Shown: one piece after another, positions 42,701-53,088 of the stretch | Position numbering within the stretch: the stretch's first letter is position 1 | How the letters are laid out: every line of letters starts with the position of its first letter | Origin: Amoebophrya sp. A120 | Taxonomy: Eukaryota > Protista > Dinoflagellata | Assembly (NCBI GenBank): GCA_905178155.1 | Contig: CAJINV010000018.1 | Span: forward strand, 724,609 to 788,608 | Direction of reading: 5' to 3' | DNA length: 64,000 nucleotides | Translations under genes and position numbers: made by a program | Notes under the pieces: model-generated | What the model was told of the DNA's origin: nothing | Database searches by the model: none | What the model saw: the letters and a program-made list of their open reading frames with translations, nothing else

Positions 42701-45700
42701 AAAATGTCTGGGTCTGGAAACTTGTGATGCTGGGTGGCGTATCATGATGAGGCCACAGCTGCTGGCTCAGCGTGACAAGTTTCTGAGCTCCTAGGTCTTG
42801 CCTATTCTGCATGACAAGCTGCGCTTCTGCATCACAGAAAAGCGGAGCTCTTGGGTAACGTGCATGACAGATTTAAGAGTCTTCATGCCAGACAAGCATG
42901 ACAAACATGAATTCTTCCAGACCCAGACATTTTTACAGTTGATACGTCGATGGAAGTGACCACCGGGCGAGATTTGATCTTCAGCTGGGTCCGCCGCGTC
43001 GTCAGCTCCAGGTAGTCTTCTACAGTCGGCGGCACAATCGTCCCACCTTCGAAGCCGGGGGCCATCGAGCCTGCAATTGCGCTGGACGAAGGACCCGCCC
43101 CGGAGCTATTTTCCATCGAGTTGCTGGCCACAGTAGAAGATGAAAAACCAGCTCTATCTTCGTGCCGCTCCACAACGGGACTGAGAATGTCTCTTCCCGG
43201 CGTCAGCGCGTCGAATAACTGCAAGCACAACTCCCGGACAGCAACATCGAGGAGGAATGATTCTCGTGTGAACAGATTGTCCAGGACGTATTTGTCGTCT
43301 TGCGTCATGGAAATGGGCACAATCGCCCCGTGCGCCGCCCCGGTTTTCTGGTACGCGCCAAAGGTCGTGAACGCCAAGCGTAGTGATTCGATGACCGTGT
43401 CATAGCACTGCCGATCCAGCATCAGCTCCAGTTTCGGCAAATCGCCAGAAATGTGGGTTAGCGTCTGCCTATTCACCTCATTTGGCGGGACGATGTCGAG
43501 CAGGCAGAGGTCGAGGTTCAACCCTAGGGAAAAATCGCGGATCACCTGTTTGATAGTGGAATTCTTTTTCTTGATATTACCCTGCTCTGACATGGAGGTT
43601 ACATTATGTCGCATCCGGAGGAATTCCGGGATCTGCGAGCCTGATTGCAGGCAAGCCGCGCGGACGTTTTGAAGCGTCAGCGCATATCTCTCTGCGGAGA
43701 GGAGCACGTCATTGAAGTCTTTCAGCATCGCAATCGACCGGCGCTCGGCCTTGGAGAAAGAGGAAGACGCTGCATTTATTTTTCCACTTCTCGGCGAGGG
43801 GGCAGCTGCGCCTTCTCCTCCTGCGCTCGGCGATGAAGCAGCTGAGGCGGTGGGATGATCGGGCTTATTTTTCGCATCATGATCTTGTTCTGCTTTATTT
43901 GCCATATGTCCTGCAAGAACTTCGGTTTCAGCTTTCTCCAGCACTTCCGACGCATCCTGCACCAATTTTGTGATGCTCCCAACAGACCGCACTTGCAGGT
44001 AGCCCAAGTGTAAAGCCAGCGCGGGGGCGTCCGCGCGGTAGAAGAACCGGGTGGGTAAGACCAACGTCGGGGCATCGATTTGCACCACGAGTTCCACCGC
44101 GGATTCCGCAACCCGCCGAATCCGCGAGCGCCACCCGGGTCGTGGCTCTTGTTGGGCGGGGGAACCTGTCGTGGTTCCAGTTGCGGCATTTTGCGCTTGT
44201 GTTGGTCCTCCTTCTTGCCGATGTTGGTCTCCAGGCGCGCTTGCACTTCCTCCAACATTAGGACCACTTTGAAGACCACCTCCATTTGTAGTAGAAGTCC
44301 CTTGCTGGTGGGCCACTACCTCACCGCCCGCGTAGTCGAAGGGGTCATCCACGTCTTCAGCTTCTACTCCAGATGGCTCTTCGTCGTTCGCAGAAGCCGA
44401 CGCTCCACCCGTGGTTCCAGCCACACTGCTCGCTGGCGCTCGGAAAAAATCGCCGATCTGCATCAAGTATCAAATGTAAAAATGTCTGGGTCTGGAAGAA
44501 TGCAACTTGTCGTGCTGATCTTGGATTCTAAAAAAATTTGTATTGCATGAGCAGCAAAGAGAGAGTCCAAGTTTTGCTACACGAAAAGAGCATTTGTCAT
44601 GCGGTATAGGCATCAGAGAGCCCTCACAAAATCTGTGATGCTAGGGCATGCATCACAGACATCAGGAGTCATGCAGAATGTGCAGGACAAACCTGGCAAT
44701 CTTCCAGATCCAGACATTTTTACATTTGATATCAAGATCCGGCGCTGGTAATCGATCACCAAGTTCTCACCCTCGATTTCTACCCGGGGAAGCGCCCCCT
44801 CTTGGGACGACGAGGACCCTAAAGCTCGTCCATGTTGAAAAGTACTTTCCGAGCTTCTATCCTGTGCAAAAGTATCGTACTCGTACTAATCGCAGATATG
44901 CATGACATCTACCTGAAATTGAAATAGCATGACAAATTGAATTTTTTTTCTTGGGAAAACTTGTAATGCATTCTATACTAGTACGATACTTTTACTTTTG
45001 CAATGCATAGCTTCCAGCGTACGACAACCCGTTGGAAAGAAATTCGATTTTCAGGAGCGCGTTTATGGCGTTCTCAACTGTTACATCCTCAACTGTTACA
45101 TGGATTTGTCATGCAAGAACGGCAACAGTAAAAGAGGGGACCTAAAGCGTCTTGCATGACAGATTTGGCACGGATTCTCAGCCTGTTGGGCTCTTCGGGA
45201 ATTTGTCATGCGAAGCAGCTTCATCATCTCGACTCTGATTGCCATTTTGCATGAGAAATCATGTAACAGTTGAGAATGTAACATTTGAGAACGTCATAGC
45301 GTTTTCCAGCTGTTTCTTCAGCAACACCGGGCGCTCTTCTTCCGGGATGAAATTCACGCGCTGACTTATCCTGTGCAAAAGTATCGCACTCGTATTCTAA
45401 TCATGCATTACAAATCTTTTTCTTAAGGTAAATCCGCACTACAAATTTTAGCTCTTATTCTCATGCTGAGGAAATTTGTCATGCATTTATACGAGTACGA
45501 TACTTTTGCAACTCATATGACTGTTGTGATTCTGAAACAAGTCATCCTCATCCGCGGCAACCGACTCAGCTTCCTGAAAAGATTCCATATCCTCAGACTC
45601 GGTACCGTGGACCGATGACTGATCCTGGGTGGCGGATGATGCAGCTGCCTGACCGCCCGGAGGTGGGGGCGGTGGGGGAGGTGGTGGTGGCGGGCTTCCA

Positions 45701-48700
45701 CTACTTCCAGCCTTGCTAATTGTAGTACCAGCGCCCGCGGTCGCTGTAGCTGTAGTTCCACCATCGCCTCCTCTGCTGGAATTGCCGACAGAAGTCGTCT
45801 CCAGCGACGCGGCATAATTGTGGTCCGCCGACGTTGTAGAGGACAAGTGATCGGAAGTTGTACCGCTACCATGTCCTCCTCCTCCCTTGTGAGATGAAAC
45901 TACAAGATCGGTCGGTTTTCTCTGCCGCAAGCCCGAAAACGACGGCAAGATGGAGTCCCGTCGGGACCTAAAATTATAGTCCTCGTCATCGATTACGTTG
46001 AAGCTGTTTATAGAGTCGTAGTTCAACCTAATCGAGTCCGCCCTCTCCCCGTAGTCGCCACGGTAAATCAGATCCAGGGCCGGCGTCGGATTCAATGCGT
46101 CTTTCGACTCCCCGGCGACGTGAATCGTGCCCAGGTATCCAAGAAAAAAAGACTGTAGCCGTTCTTGGAGGATTAGCATGACAAATATCTCTCGCGTGAC
46201 AGCAAAAACCTGTCATGCGCAGATGGCACGTGAAAACGCCCTTGAATGGACTTTACAATGCAGGCACAGCATGACAGGCGCAATCACTTTGCATGTTGCT
46301 GCGCATCACAACTTTACACTAACAACGCTTCTTTCTTGGATACCAGCTCCACGATCACGACTGTGCCCAACTGGATGCCGCTCTCCTGCAAAATTTTCCG
46401 TGCGTTGATCCCCGCGCCCTTGGCCTTCCACTCGGCAATGCTGGTCTCGACTTTCGCGGCCTGTTCCGGGGTCAGCTGGGATTGCTGGAGGAGGTACTCA
46501 GTTTCATCCGCTTCGAAGACCGTGTTCGCGAAGGAAGGTTTTGACGATTTCATTTTCATCGACGGTAGTGGGCCTTGAATCTGCAGCAGGTGCTGTTTCA
46601 GTTTCGGGCTGGAGGTTGGGGAGAGGGCGGCCGCGCCGGCACTAGTAGTGAGAGATAAAGTTCCTGAACTATGATCTTTATCAGATTGTGCAAAAGAAAA
46701 AGTCTTCTTCATTTTCGCCTCCAGAAACCGTCTTGCTGCGCCCTCACTGGTACCGTTATTGCAGTACTGCACGCGCAAGTCTTCGACCTTCCCCGCGAAC
46801 CGATATGGCAAGGAAAAATCCCCCTTCCCCACATCGAGACGAAATCTCTGATGCTGGACTTGCGTACACAGATCAGCACTGTCTTGCAGTAGAGGACTGC
46901 GGGCCCATATCGCGCCAATGTAGAGAGGTTTTGGCCTAGGCACGTAGCACGAGGAACGCCTATGCTGTTGGACCAACAGCATTACAAACCGCCTGCATAA
47001 TGGGGCGGAGCCTATGCCATTGCTTTCTTGCAAGACAGACACGATTTGTGGTCACAAATCAGCATCACAAATTCTCTGCGGCGTGCCTTTTAGATATGGG
47101 GAGGGGAGAGTTTTCCTTACGATAACCGACTGCCGTTTTTCTGCAACAGATCCAGCTCCACGCCGAGTAACTCGATGTCTACTTCCACCTGATTGCGCCT
47201 TTGCAGCTCCGCCTCGGTCGGAGGCTGTGTGAGATTTTCTGTCAGTTCCTGTACGTTTTCGGTCAGCTGCTCCAACTCCAGCTCTGCTTGGTCCTTATTT
47301 TCAGCAGGGATGGTCGCCGCGCTGGAAGGAGGAGCTCCTGCAGCTCTAGTCGTGGAGGAGGCCTGAGTTCCTACACCTTCCTTGTCGCTCTGCTTTGGCG
47401 TACTACTACTATCACCTTCGTTTGGATTTGCGGTTGAAATAGAAGTTGGACCACCGTCTTCTCGTTTTGTTGCATTTGACGTTCCATCAGCATCTTTCTG
47501 CTCGTCTTCCGTCCCACCACCGCCCCCAAATCGGCCGAAAAACCGCGACTTCAGCCAGTTCTTCACGCCCTGGGTGCGGGAAACCGGTTGCGGCGTCGTT
47601 TTCGCCTTTTGTAAGAGGTACTCTTCCATCCATTGCTTCAGGGATTGAAAGTTCCAAACCTCAACTTCTAGCTGCTGCATCTGCTCCAGATCCGCCCCTT
47701 CCAGCTCCGGTTTATTGTCTCCGCCGCCGGCTTGGTTCAGCAAAACGTCGCGCTTCGCCTGTAGCGCGAAAAACAACGCTTTCTGCCCCTCTTCTACCTT
47801 TTGCATTTGCTGCGCGAACTTCATGGCGAAAGTGTAGTTTCTCTTTGGAACCGCCGAAGTCCTCCCAGCACCGCGCGACAGGCCTCGGATGTGCAAGGCA
47901 CAAAGCATCGCCCACTGCCACCGTGCCTTCGCCAGCTTCGACTTGTTCACGCGGGCCAGGGAAGCTGAAGCAGCTGCAGCGGCATTTGTACTTGATGTTT
48001 GTGTTTCGTCTGCATTTAATATTTTTTCCCCTCCAACATCATTATCGCTCAGCACTTTTTTCTCGAACGGCCTGACCATTACTTCGCGCAATGGTAGGAA
48101 CACCTGGACCTTCCGCAAGTACTCGGCTTCAAAGAGAAAATGCCGGCTGATCACGGAGGCGACTTCGCGGTAGTCTTTCAAGACCTGCTCATCCAGTTTC
48201 GCCGCGATGTGCTTCAGCCGCCCTTTCACGTAGTAGCTCGCGTCCGAAGTGTTGATCGAGTGTTCGAGCAGTAGAATAAACGAGATCGGCGTGAGCACGT
48301 GCTGCAACTTCTGTTGGTTGTTCGCAATTTCGCTATCCAGCTGCTCCATCTTCACGGACCGATTCTGAAACTTCTGCATCAGCAGTTCTCTAGGGGACAG
48401 TTTAGGAACTGAATTGGTTTGCTGACTCGCCCCCTCAGCTCCACGGCGGGGGCCAACATCCGATGTACTACTAGCTCCTGCGTCCACCTTGGCCTTGTCA
48501 GCTGCGGCCGCCGCGAGTGCTTTTTCCTGGGCCGCCTTCTGTTCTTTGTGCACTAGAACGAGTTCCTGTTGCAGCTTCAGCTTTTCCTCTTTCAACTTTT
48601 TCAACTTCGCAAACGCATCCGTTTCCTTCTTTGACCGCAGGCACAGCAGTTGAAACCCGTTCAACTCAGCCTTCTTGTGCACGTGCATCGCCTCGCCCTG

Positions 48701-50650
48701 GAGATTGCGCTGGATCCGGGTGGGTTGCAAAGTCCTAGGGTCCACGTTTTGCACCGCGATCGAGGAAAGCTGCAGGACGTAGGCAAATTGCTGCTGCTGT
48801 AGTTCATTTCCATTTGTGGGAGCACCACGTAGTGATGTGACCACAGCCGGAGCGGGTGTCGCTCCTGCAACAACAGTTGTACCAGTAGATCCAGTGGTTA
48901 TCGTACCGGCATGGGTTCCCCGTGGCGTAGTTGCGAGGCTGTTTGCGAGAGTTTGCCCCCGGTAGGTAAGCTCCACGTCCTCGAGTTTAAAGCGCAGATT
49001 ATCCTTTATCCGGTAGAACACCGAGGTGCTCCAAGAAGCTCCACCTTGCGACGCCGGGTTGGACTTCTGCTGCTGCTGTCCTCCGGTCGTCGTGCCACCG
49101 CGGGGAGAGTCTTTGGGCTGCTGCTGGTCTGCAGAAGTTGCTGCACTAGCAGTGCTGCCTGCTCCAGTTGCAGATTTAGTACTCTCTGCTCCTTCCCCCT
49201 TCGACGTCTCGGTAGAAGTACCACCACCTCCGTTCTGTTGCAAAATCGCTTCGTTCAGCCCTGACCGCATTTCCACGCCCTGGAGCCGTTTGTGCCGCAG
49301 CTCTTGCAGTCTTTCCCGGGCGAGCTTGCCGCTGGCCTTTATGGATGTGTCAGGATCGAAATCGACAAAATCGAAAAACTTGCGATGCATAAAATGTAGA
49401 GCACTGAACGCCTGTATTGGTAAGCAGGCAATGGCAAATGAGACCGATTGTAAGCCTGTTCAGGGGTATGCGGTGCGCTGCCAGCGTAGCATGACAGGAG
49501 GAGTCTTCTTTGTCCAAACAGCGCGACAGACTGGGTTTGGGTGCTCCCGAAGTTTGTCATGCGCCACTCGGAAACTGAGGCTCCAACTGGTATCGATTTT
49601 ATGCATCAATTTTTCGATTTTGTCAATTTCGATTCTGACACTTTCATAGCCTTCTTGTTTCCGATAGACTCGTCATCCTTCTCGATGTTAATCACTACGG
49701 CCTTCAGGGTGATCTCGATATGACAGTGCACAACTCCCCCTACCCCTAATTTGTCATGCATAATCCCAAATGACGTCTTTTCTCTGTAGCACTTCTTGCA
49801 TAACAGGATTTTCGAGCCGAAACAGCACTAGAATCGGTCCTCGCGAATTTGTCATGCAAAAAGAGCACTCATGCCAGTACTTGTGTTGCTGCTTATGCAC
49901 TTCAAACGAGTGGGAGGGGGAGTTGTGCACTGTCGTACTCGATGTCTTGCGCCGTCAAGCCCAGGGCCCACGTCACCGTCACCTCGCCCACGGATCCGGA
50001 GAACTTGAAGGGAATCCCAAGCAGCCGCCGCATGGAGAGTGTGGAAGAGAAAAAATGACTTAGTGATCCTGTAACTTTGTATTGCGCCGAAAGAACTACA
50101 TGCGTATGCGAGACGAAGGCCGCCATCAACATCATGCTCCTGTGCTCGACGTGGACTATACAACTTGCCGACAGGAGCACAAGAAATTTGCAACTACGTA
50201 TATCACGGTGCTGGAGCGAATTTCAGGGCCAGCACCAGTGTTGACTGTGCACGACAATGAGATTGACATGCAAGCGCACGTAGCTAGAAATCCTTCTTCT
50301 CTATTCTCTCATGCAATATGCCGACGGTCCTGCGCGACATAGATAACTGGAATTTCGAAAATGAATACCTCTACAACCTGCAAACTGAAACACAAACGTG
50401 TACGTGTTTCATCGTAAGTACGTCAACGCTTCATCAGTTTTTCATCCTCTTGGATAGCATCAGGCTTGAGCTTCACGTTCTTCAACGTTCCGGAGCCCTC
50501 CACCCCTTGTCCCCGCAGCATAGACCCGAGGCCGCCGCCGGAGAGGAGGCCCTGCGTTACCTGAAAATCCTCGCGCTGGAAATCGAGGTAGGTCCCCACG
50601 TTGTTCTGGACCGCCGGCCAGATCCACTTCTCTAGCATACCAGCGGCCAT
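3707..50650 (-). CDS. VPS13: Giant VPS13 (chorein)-family bridge-like lipid transfer protein, about 69 introns, roughly 7,400 aa after manual splicing
   Basis: The assembled N-terminus MAAGMLEKWIWPAVQNNVGTYLDFQ...GSGTLKNVKLKPDA|MRRLLGIPFKFSGSVGEVTVTW resembles Chorein_N. The C-terminal exons read FFGNPQNFLNYVGDGAYAFLKEPYEG...GIGKGTSSLMRN, DGFLRGGESLVKG|VADGITGVFSQPYQAA, TGTARGVAGLFAKPIIGVGEG and RIRLPRSLYGEDRVLRPY, then a PH-like tail to the stop at 3707; these match VPS13_C/ATG2_C-type motifs. Long exons match the large minus ORFs (47117-49390, 42883-44466, 39067-40317, 35261-37342, 28798-30276). Not every junction was translated and the length is an estimate. Confidence 0.9.
4187..4421. mobile_element. 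Introner family C (about 235 bp; TIR TATGGCGYTCTCAAMYGTTACAYTCTCAACTGTTACA), representative copy
   Basis: Direct repeat CGGAT; the TIR contains an internal tandem TCTCAACTGTTACA unit. Other copies: 12465-12699 (GCTCG), 24159-24394 (TGCGA), 33248-33482 (CAGTT), 41616-41852 (GAGGA), 42027-42262 (GCCCG), 42396-42631 (TTGGA), 45064-45298 (GCGTT). Related variants: 38000-38249 (TGCCA), 55843-56109. Confidence 0.93.
4445..4852 (-). other. Canonical GT-AG intron of VPS13
   Basis: Minus strand CAG AAG|gtacaac...cctcag|GCT CGC joins TILRQK to ARNIPRIRLPR in frame. Confidence 0.75.
5452..5849. mobile_element. Foldback/MITE with about 165-bp inverted arms, nested inside introner 5282-5974
   Basis: About 5452-5618 is the near-perfect reverse complement of about 5686-5849; each arm contains the hairpin GGCGTCCCCACTAGCACG-N7-CGTGCTAGTGGGGACGCC. 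Confidence 0.88.
6030..6386 (-). other. Canonical GT-AG intron of VPS13
   Basis: Minus strand GTC AAA G|gtactac...tttatctcag|GC GTC gives SLVKGVADGITG in frame. Confidence 0.8.
6731..7116 (-). other. Canonical GT-AG intron of VPS13
   Basis: Minus strand GGA CT|gtcaacc...tctag|G GCG CAG gives FNQGLAQNVTSL in frame. Confidence 0.7.
8376..8654. mobile_element. Introner family G (about 279 bp; TIR TATCCTGWGTAAAAACRTCCCCAC), representative copy
   Basis: Direct repeat TCATG; an inverted-orientation copy lies at 53734-54012 (CGGGG) and a degenerate copy at 13676-14092. Confidence 0.88.
14980..21492 (-). mobile_element. 6.5-kb foreign insertion inside a family E introner; probably a decayed Ty3/Gypsy-like pol remnant
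   Basis: The segment is C/A-skewed on the + strand, contains no introners and has no long ORF; it is bounded by ATTT on both sides. Broken minus-strand fragments resemble RT (RLSPFGPRALRFEMEMERWL, about 19600-19670) followed by integrase (SI*YLGPY...LVQLVDFGTG about 18230-18295; GRYER about 17920; RDAPHSG about 17840). I found no LTRs. The insertion itself is well supported; its identity is tentative. Confidence 0.5.
18003..18040. repeat. Imperfect (AG)n microsatellite
   Basis: tagagagatagagagagaaagagaaatagagagagagg. Confidence 0.8.
22210..22531. mobile_element. Introner family F/H (about 300-322 bp; TIR TAT-N5-GAAAAATCCCCC), representative copy
   Basis: Direct repeat AAGAG. Other copies: 9231-9540, 27816-28121 (CCTGG), 46804-47124 (ACCGA). 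Related: 8845-9144 (TTCAT), 40294-40614 (GCGTC). Confidence 0.9.
23638..23785. mobile_element. Introner family B (mostly about 150 bp; TIR TATNNNNTGCAAAAGTATCG), representative copy
   Basis: Direct repeat TCAGA. Other copies: 839-1024, 3230-3398, 6447-6600, 14584-14767 (GAATC), 22012-22161 (TTCTC), 23342-23564 (CTGGG), 24476-24625, 25592-25906 (degenerate), 32781-32942 (GAAGT), 44858-45009 (GCTTC), 45367-45517 (TGACT), 55263-55431, 61498-61646, 62375-62523 (GTAGT), 63897 to the window end. Confidence 0.92.
24676..24937. mobile_element. Introner family A (about 253-285 bp; TIR TATCAAATGYAAAAATGTCTGGGTCTGGAA), representative copy
   Basis: About 30-bp TIR with TAT...ATA ends and a 5-bp direct repeat CATCG. 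Other copies (flank): 7349-7603 (CAGCT), 8063-8317 (GTTCC), 9588-9840 (CCACC), 11002-11263 (CTGCG), 11301-11568, 13217-13469 (CGTCC), 21640-21900 (degenerate), 26331-26597, 30344-30612 (TAGTG), 32478-32739 (GGACT), 33663-33923 (TTCCC), 42687-42944 (CGTCG), 44468-44731 (TCAAG), 53413-53678, 55472-55730 (GATTC), 58700-58961 (GTCCC), 62056-62339. Confidence 0.93.
34104..34392. mobile_element. Introner family K (TIR TATGANAGTGCACAAC), representative copy
   Basis: Direct repeat GCGTT. Other copies: 4968-5226 (CCACC), 7710-7996, 49719-49937 (CTCGA, right end GTA). Confidence 0.82.
34559..34667. mobile_element. Introner family E (short forms about 110-120 bp plus longer relatives; TIR TATCCARGAAAAA), representative copy
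   Basis: Direct repeat TCCTC. Short copies: 28784-28901 (GGTTG), 31376-31497 (CAGGT), 38345-38465 (CGCGA). Longer or looser relatives: 5282-5974 (GCCGT), 14947-21576 (TCTCG), 22977-23262 (TCCGC), 27130-27348 (GGAAC), 27387-27647, 35131-35353, 46136-46342, 50040-50456, 58156-58452 (TTGCA). Confidence 0.88.
37570..37877. mobile_element. Introner family D (about 295-320 bp; TIR TATGGAWGYGTCAG..TTGAAATCG), representative copy
   Basis: Direct repeat TTTCC; nearly identical to 12782-13094 (CCCTC) and, inverted, to 61699-61992 (TTTGT). Other copies: 416-720 (AGGTC), 30666-30979 (GCTTC), 41245-41564, 49340-49648 (GCCTT). Confidence 0.93.
38955..39110. mobile_element. Introner family J (about 155-170 bp; one end TATGCAATACAAATTTCC), representative copy
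   Basis: Direct repeat ACAGC; relatives are 37336-37506 (CTCGA) and 58989-59320, which shares AAAACTTGGCTTCGATCCTAGTTTAGCATGACAA. Confidence 0.82.
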
Positions 50651-53088
50651 CTTGAAGATATTAGAGCAGGTGGAACGAAAGGGCCGGCTGGTAGGTATTC
50701 ATGCGGGGGCGGCGGGACGAGCAGAAAGACAAAGAGCTACGAGTTCGCGGTCGCGGTCGTGCGTGATCGTGAATACAGACGTGATTCTTTCCGTTACTTC
50801 GTGGAGCTGCTTCTAAAAACGGAAGGTCATGTTGACAACTTCTTGGTGGAAATGAAATTGCGGCACAGGGATGTTGTTGCTAAGATGAACGGCGACGTGC
50901 TGTGATGTATTCTACGAAGAGCCGCAGCTTCTTTACACCGCGCCACCGCGACGTTGCGCTTGTTGCGACGGTGGTGCACTCCTGCGGTCCAATTTTTTAC
51001 GCTACCACGAGCGGATCGTACGAGATCAGTCCGCGCCTGCGCTTCGTCAGAAAATACGGATCTGTTCCTGCGACGAACCCAGCTACAGCTGCCTGGCAGT
51101 CTAGATCGACGTCCTTGCTCGCTGCGGCAACTGCCAGCACGACGGTTGCTGGGGCGATTGTCTGTATTGCCACCCCCACAGGACGAGCTGCTGCAAGGCC
51201 GCGTTGTGAATAAGTAGGGGGCCAGCACTTCTACCGCCCGCAAGTAACAGTCCATCTTTTCATCTACTCATTTATTACACTACAACGACATCTCCAGCAG
51301 GGCTTGTTTACACCGTTTTTCTGAAATTTCTTAATGCTAGGTTCGAAGTTTCACACTTGAGGTGATCTTTTTTTTCTGGCTCGTTCTTGTTCGCCTAGGC
51401 TTGTCGTGTAAATCTAGCCTCTGTCCAAAGTGGCCGTCTACAAAAGTTTTCCGAAGAGACAGGACACATGATCAAAGTAACATCAAAGTGAAATTGAAAT
51501 AGAAACTAGGCCTACGTGGACGGCTCTGAAGCGACTTGTGCTTTCGTCTTGCTTCACAGTGCTTTACAACACATTCACAGCAGAATAATCTACACAGATG
51601 AACAAAATTTCCAGTCGGCCTGAGGTCAAGCGATAAAAAAGCAGCTCAATGCTTGAAAACATCAAAGTGATGAATCGCGCGTCCTGCATGTGCATTCAAG
51701 CAGCGAGCCGGTTGCTCCGTAGATGGGCAAGAAATGGGGAGCCCCCGCGTCATATATAAGCTATAGACTTATTGTGGATGATCCGTCGATTCATGATGAT
51801 GTCGAAACAGGTGCATGAATGCAGTGTTGCGTTGCTCGTCTGCTCACCTTGTTTGCTAGGGTTGATGGATCACGGTCTTGGGAGTGTTCTACTTCAGCAC
51901 TTCATGTTGAACCCAAAGGAAACGGACCTCCGAGTACTTAGAAGTCATCAGTGCAGCAAAACCAAAACAGCTGAACGGTCATCATCTTCGTCCTTTTCTC
52001 GAAGTGCGGATTGATTCTGCATTGGACGAGAAAGATCAGGAACTACGCAGCCACCTCCTTCTGAATTATCTTCGCACTAGAGTTCAGAGTCATGGTCTTC
52101 AAATGGACGTGGAGGAGGAGGCTCAACACCCCACCGCAATTATGTTGAACATGAACACCGGTAAAAATTTATAGAGCCTGTACAGAAGCTTATCAGCTTT
52201 TGCTCGTCGCTTCGTCTTTCATCGGCGCCAATTGCTTTTTTCATTTGGTATCAAGTAGTACTTCTGTTCCCGCTTCCTCCCCTACTGTAGTTGGGGTTGC
52301 ACAACTAGCTGTAGCGACCACTGCAATAAGTATTCGAATTCTTCTCCTCAAACAAGAAGAACATCAATCATCCAAAGATGATACGTATAGCATCATCAAA
52401 CCGCTCGCTGTGAACTATACTGCTAGTTAGTACTACGTGTCATCTACCGAAGAAACGTGTCTACTGGGTGGCGTCGATCTTCCCACCAGACGAGACATTT
52501 GGTGCATCAAAGGAATCAGAATTACAGAAGTTCGTTGCTATAATTATTCTTGTTGTGTTGACTGTTGAGCGATGTCGACGGTGGCTCAGAAGTTGTTGTA
52601 AAGAACGCGAGAGAAAAAAAGCGCTCTCCTTCATGTTCCGAATGAGAGAAGACGCGGATAGAATGATGAAAAGGGTACTTCTACGAGAGAGTCGCCACAA
52701 CAAGGATCATTGTTGAGTTCCACCATAAAAATGTCTTGTCAGGTCCTGCACCTAGAAGTTCGTAAAAAATCGTTGTGGAGTTGAGTTCGCCTTCGTTTCT
52801 TCGATACGTATTAGAAAAATAAACACTTCTCCTGTGGTCGTCGTCGTGTAAGATTCATCTACAAAAGTTGTGCCGTAATTCGTTGCTCATTCTACTTTAT
52901 TCGCAAAAATAGGTTCTGATCGATTCGGTTCGTTGTTCCGCCTGCTGTAGGTCAAGCAGCTAGTGAAATCCATGATATCCAAGAAGTATTACACCCTATT
53001 TGTATCTGTTCTTTTTAGTTTTACAAACCATTTCTATAATCCTCGATAGAATTACACGTTTTCATCTACTTCACGACCTTGCGAAGAT

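Noticed and set aside
24900-49649. Long plus-strand ORFs (e.g. 24900-25640, 28912-29715, 39844-40536, 49026-49649)
   Set aside because: Antisense shadows of GC-rich VPS13 exons with no recognisable motifs.
50700-53050. Short ORFs between VPS13 and the RGG gene
   Set aside because: No recognisable product or consistent exon chain could be supported.
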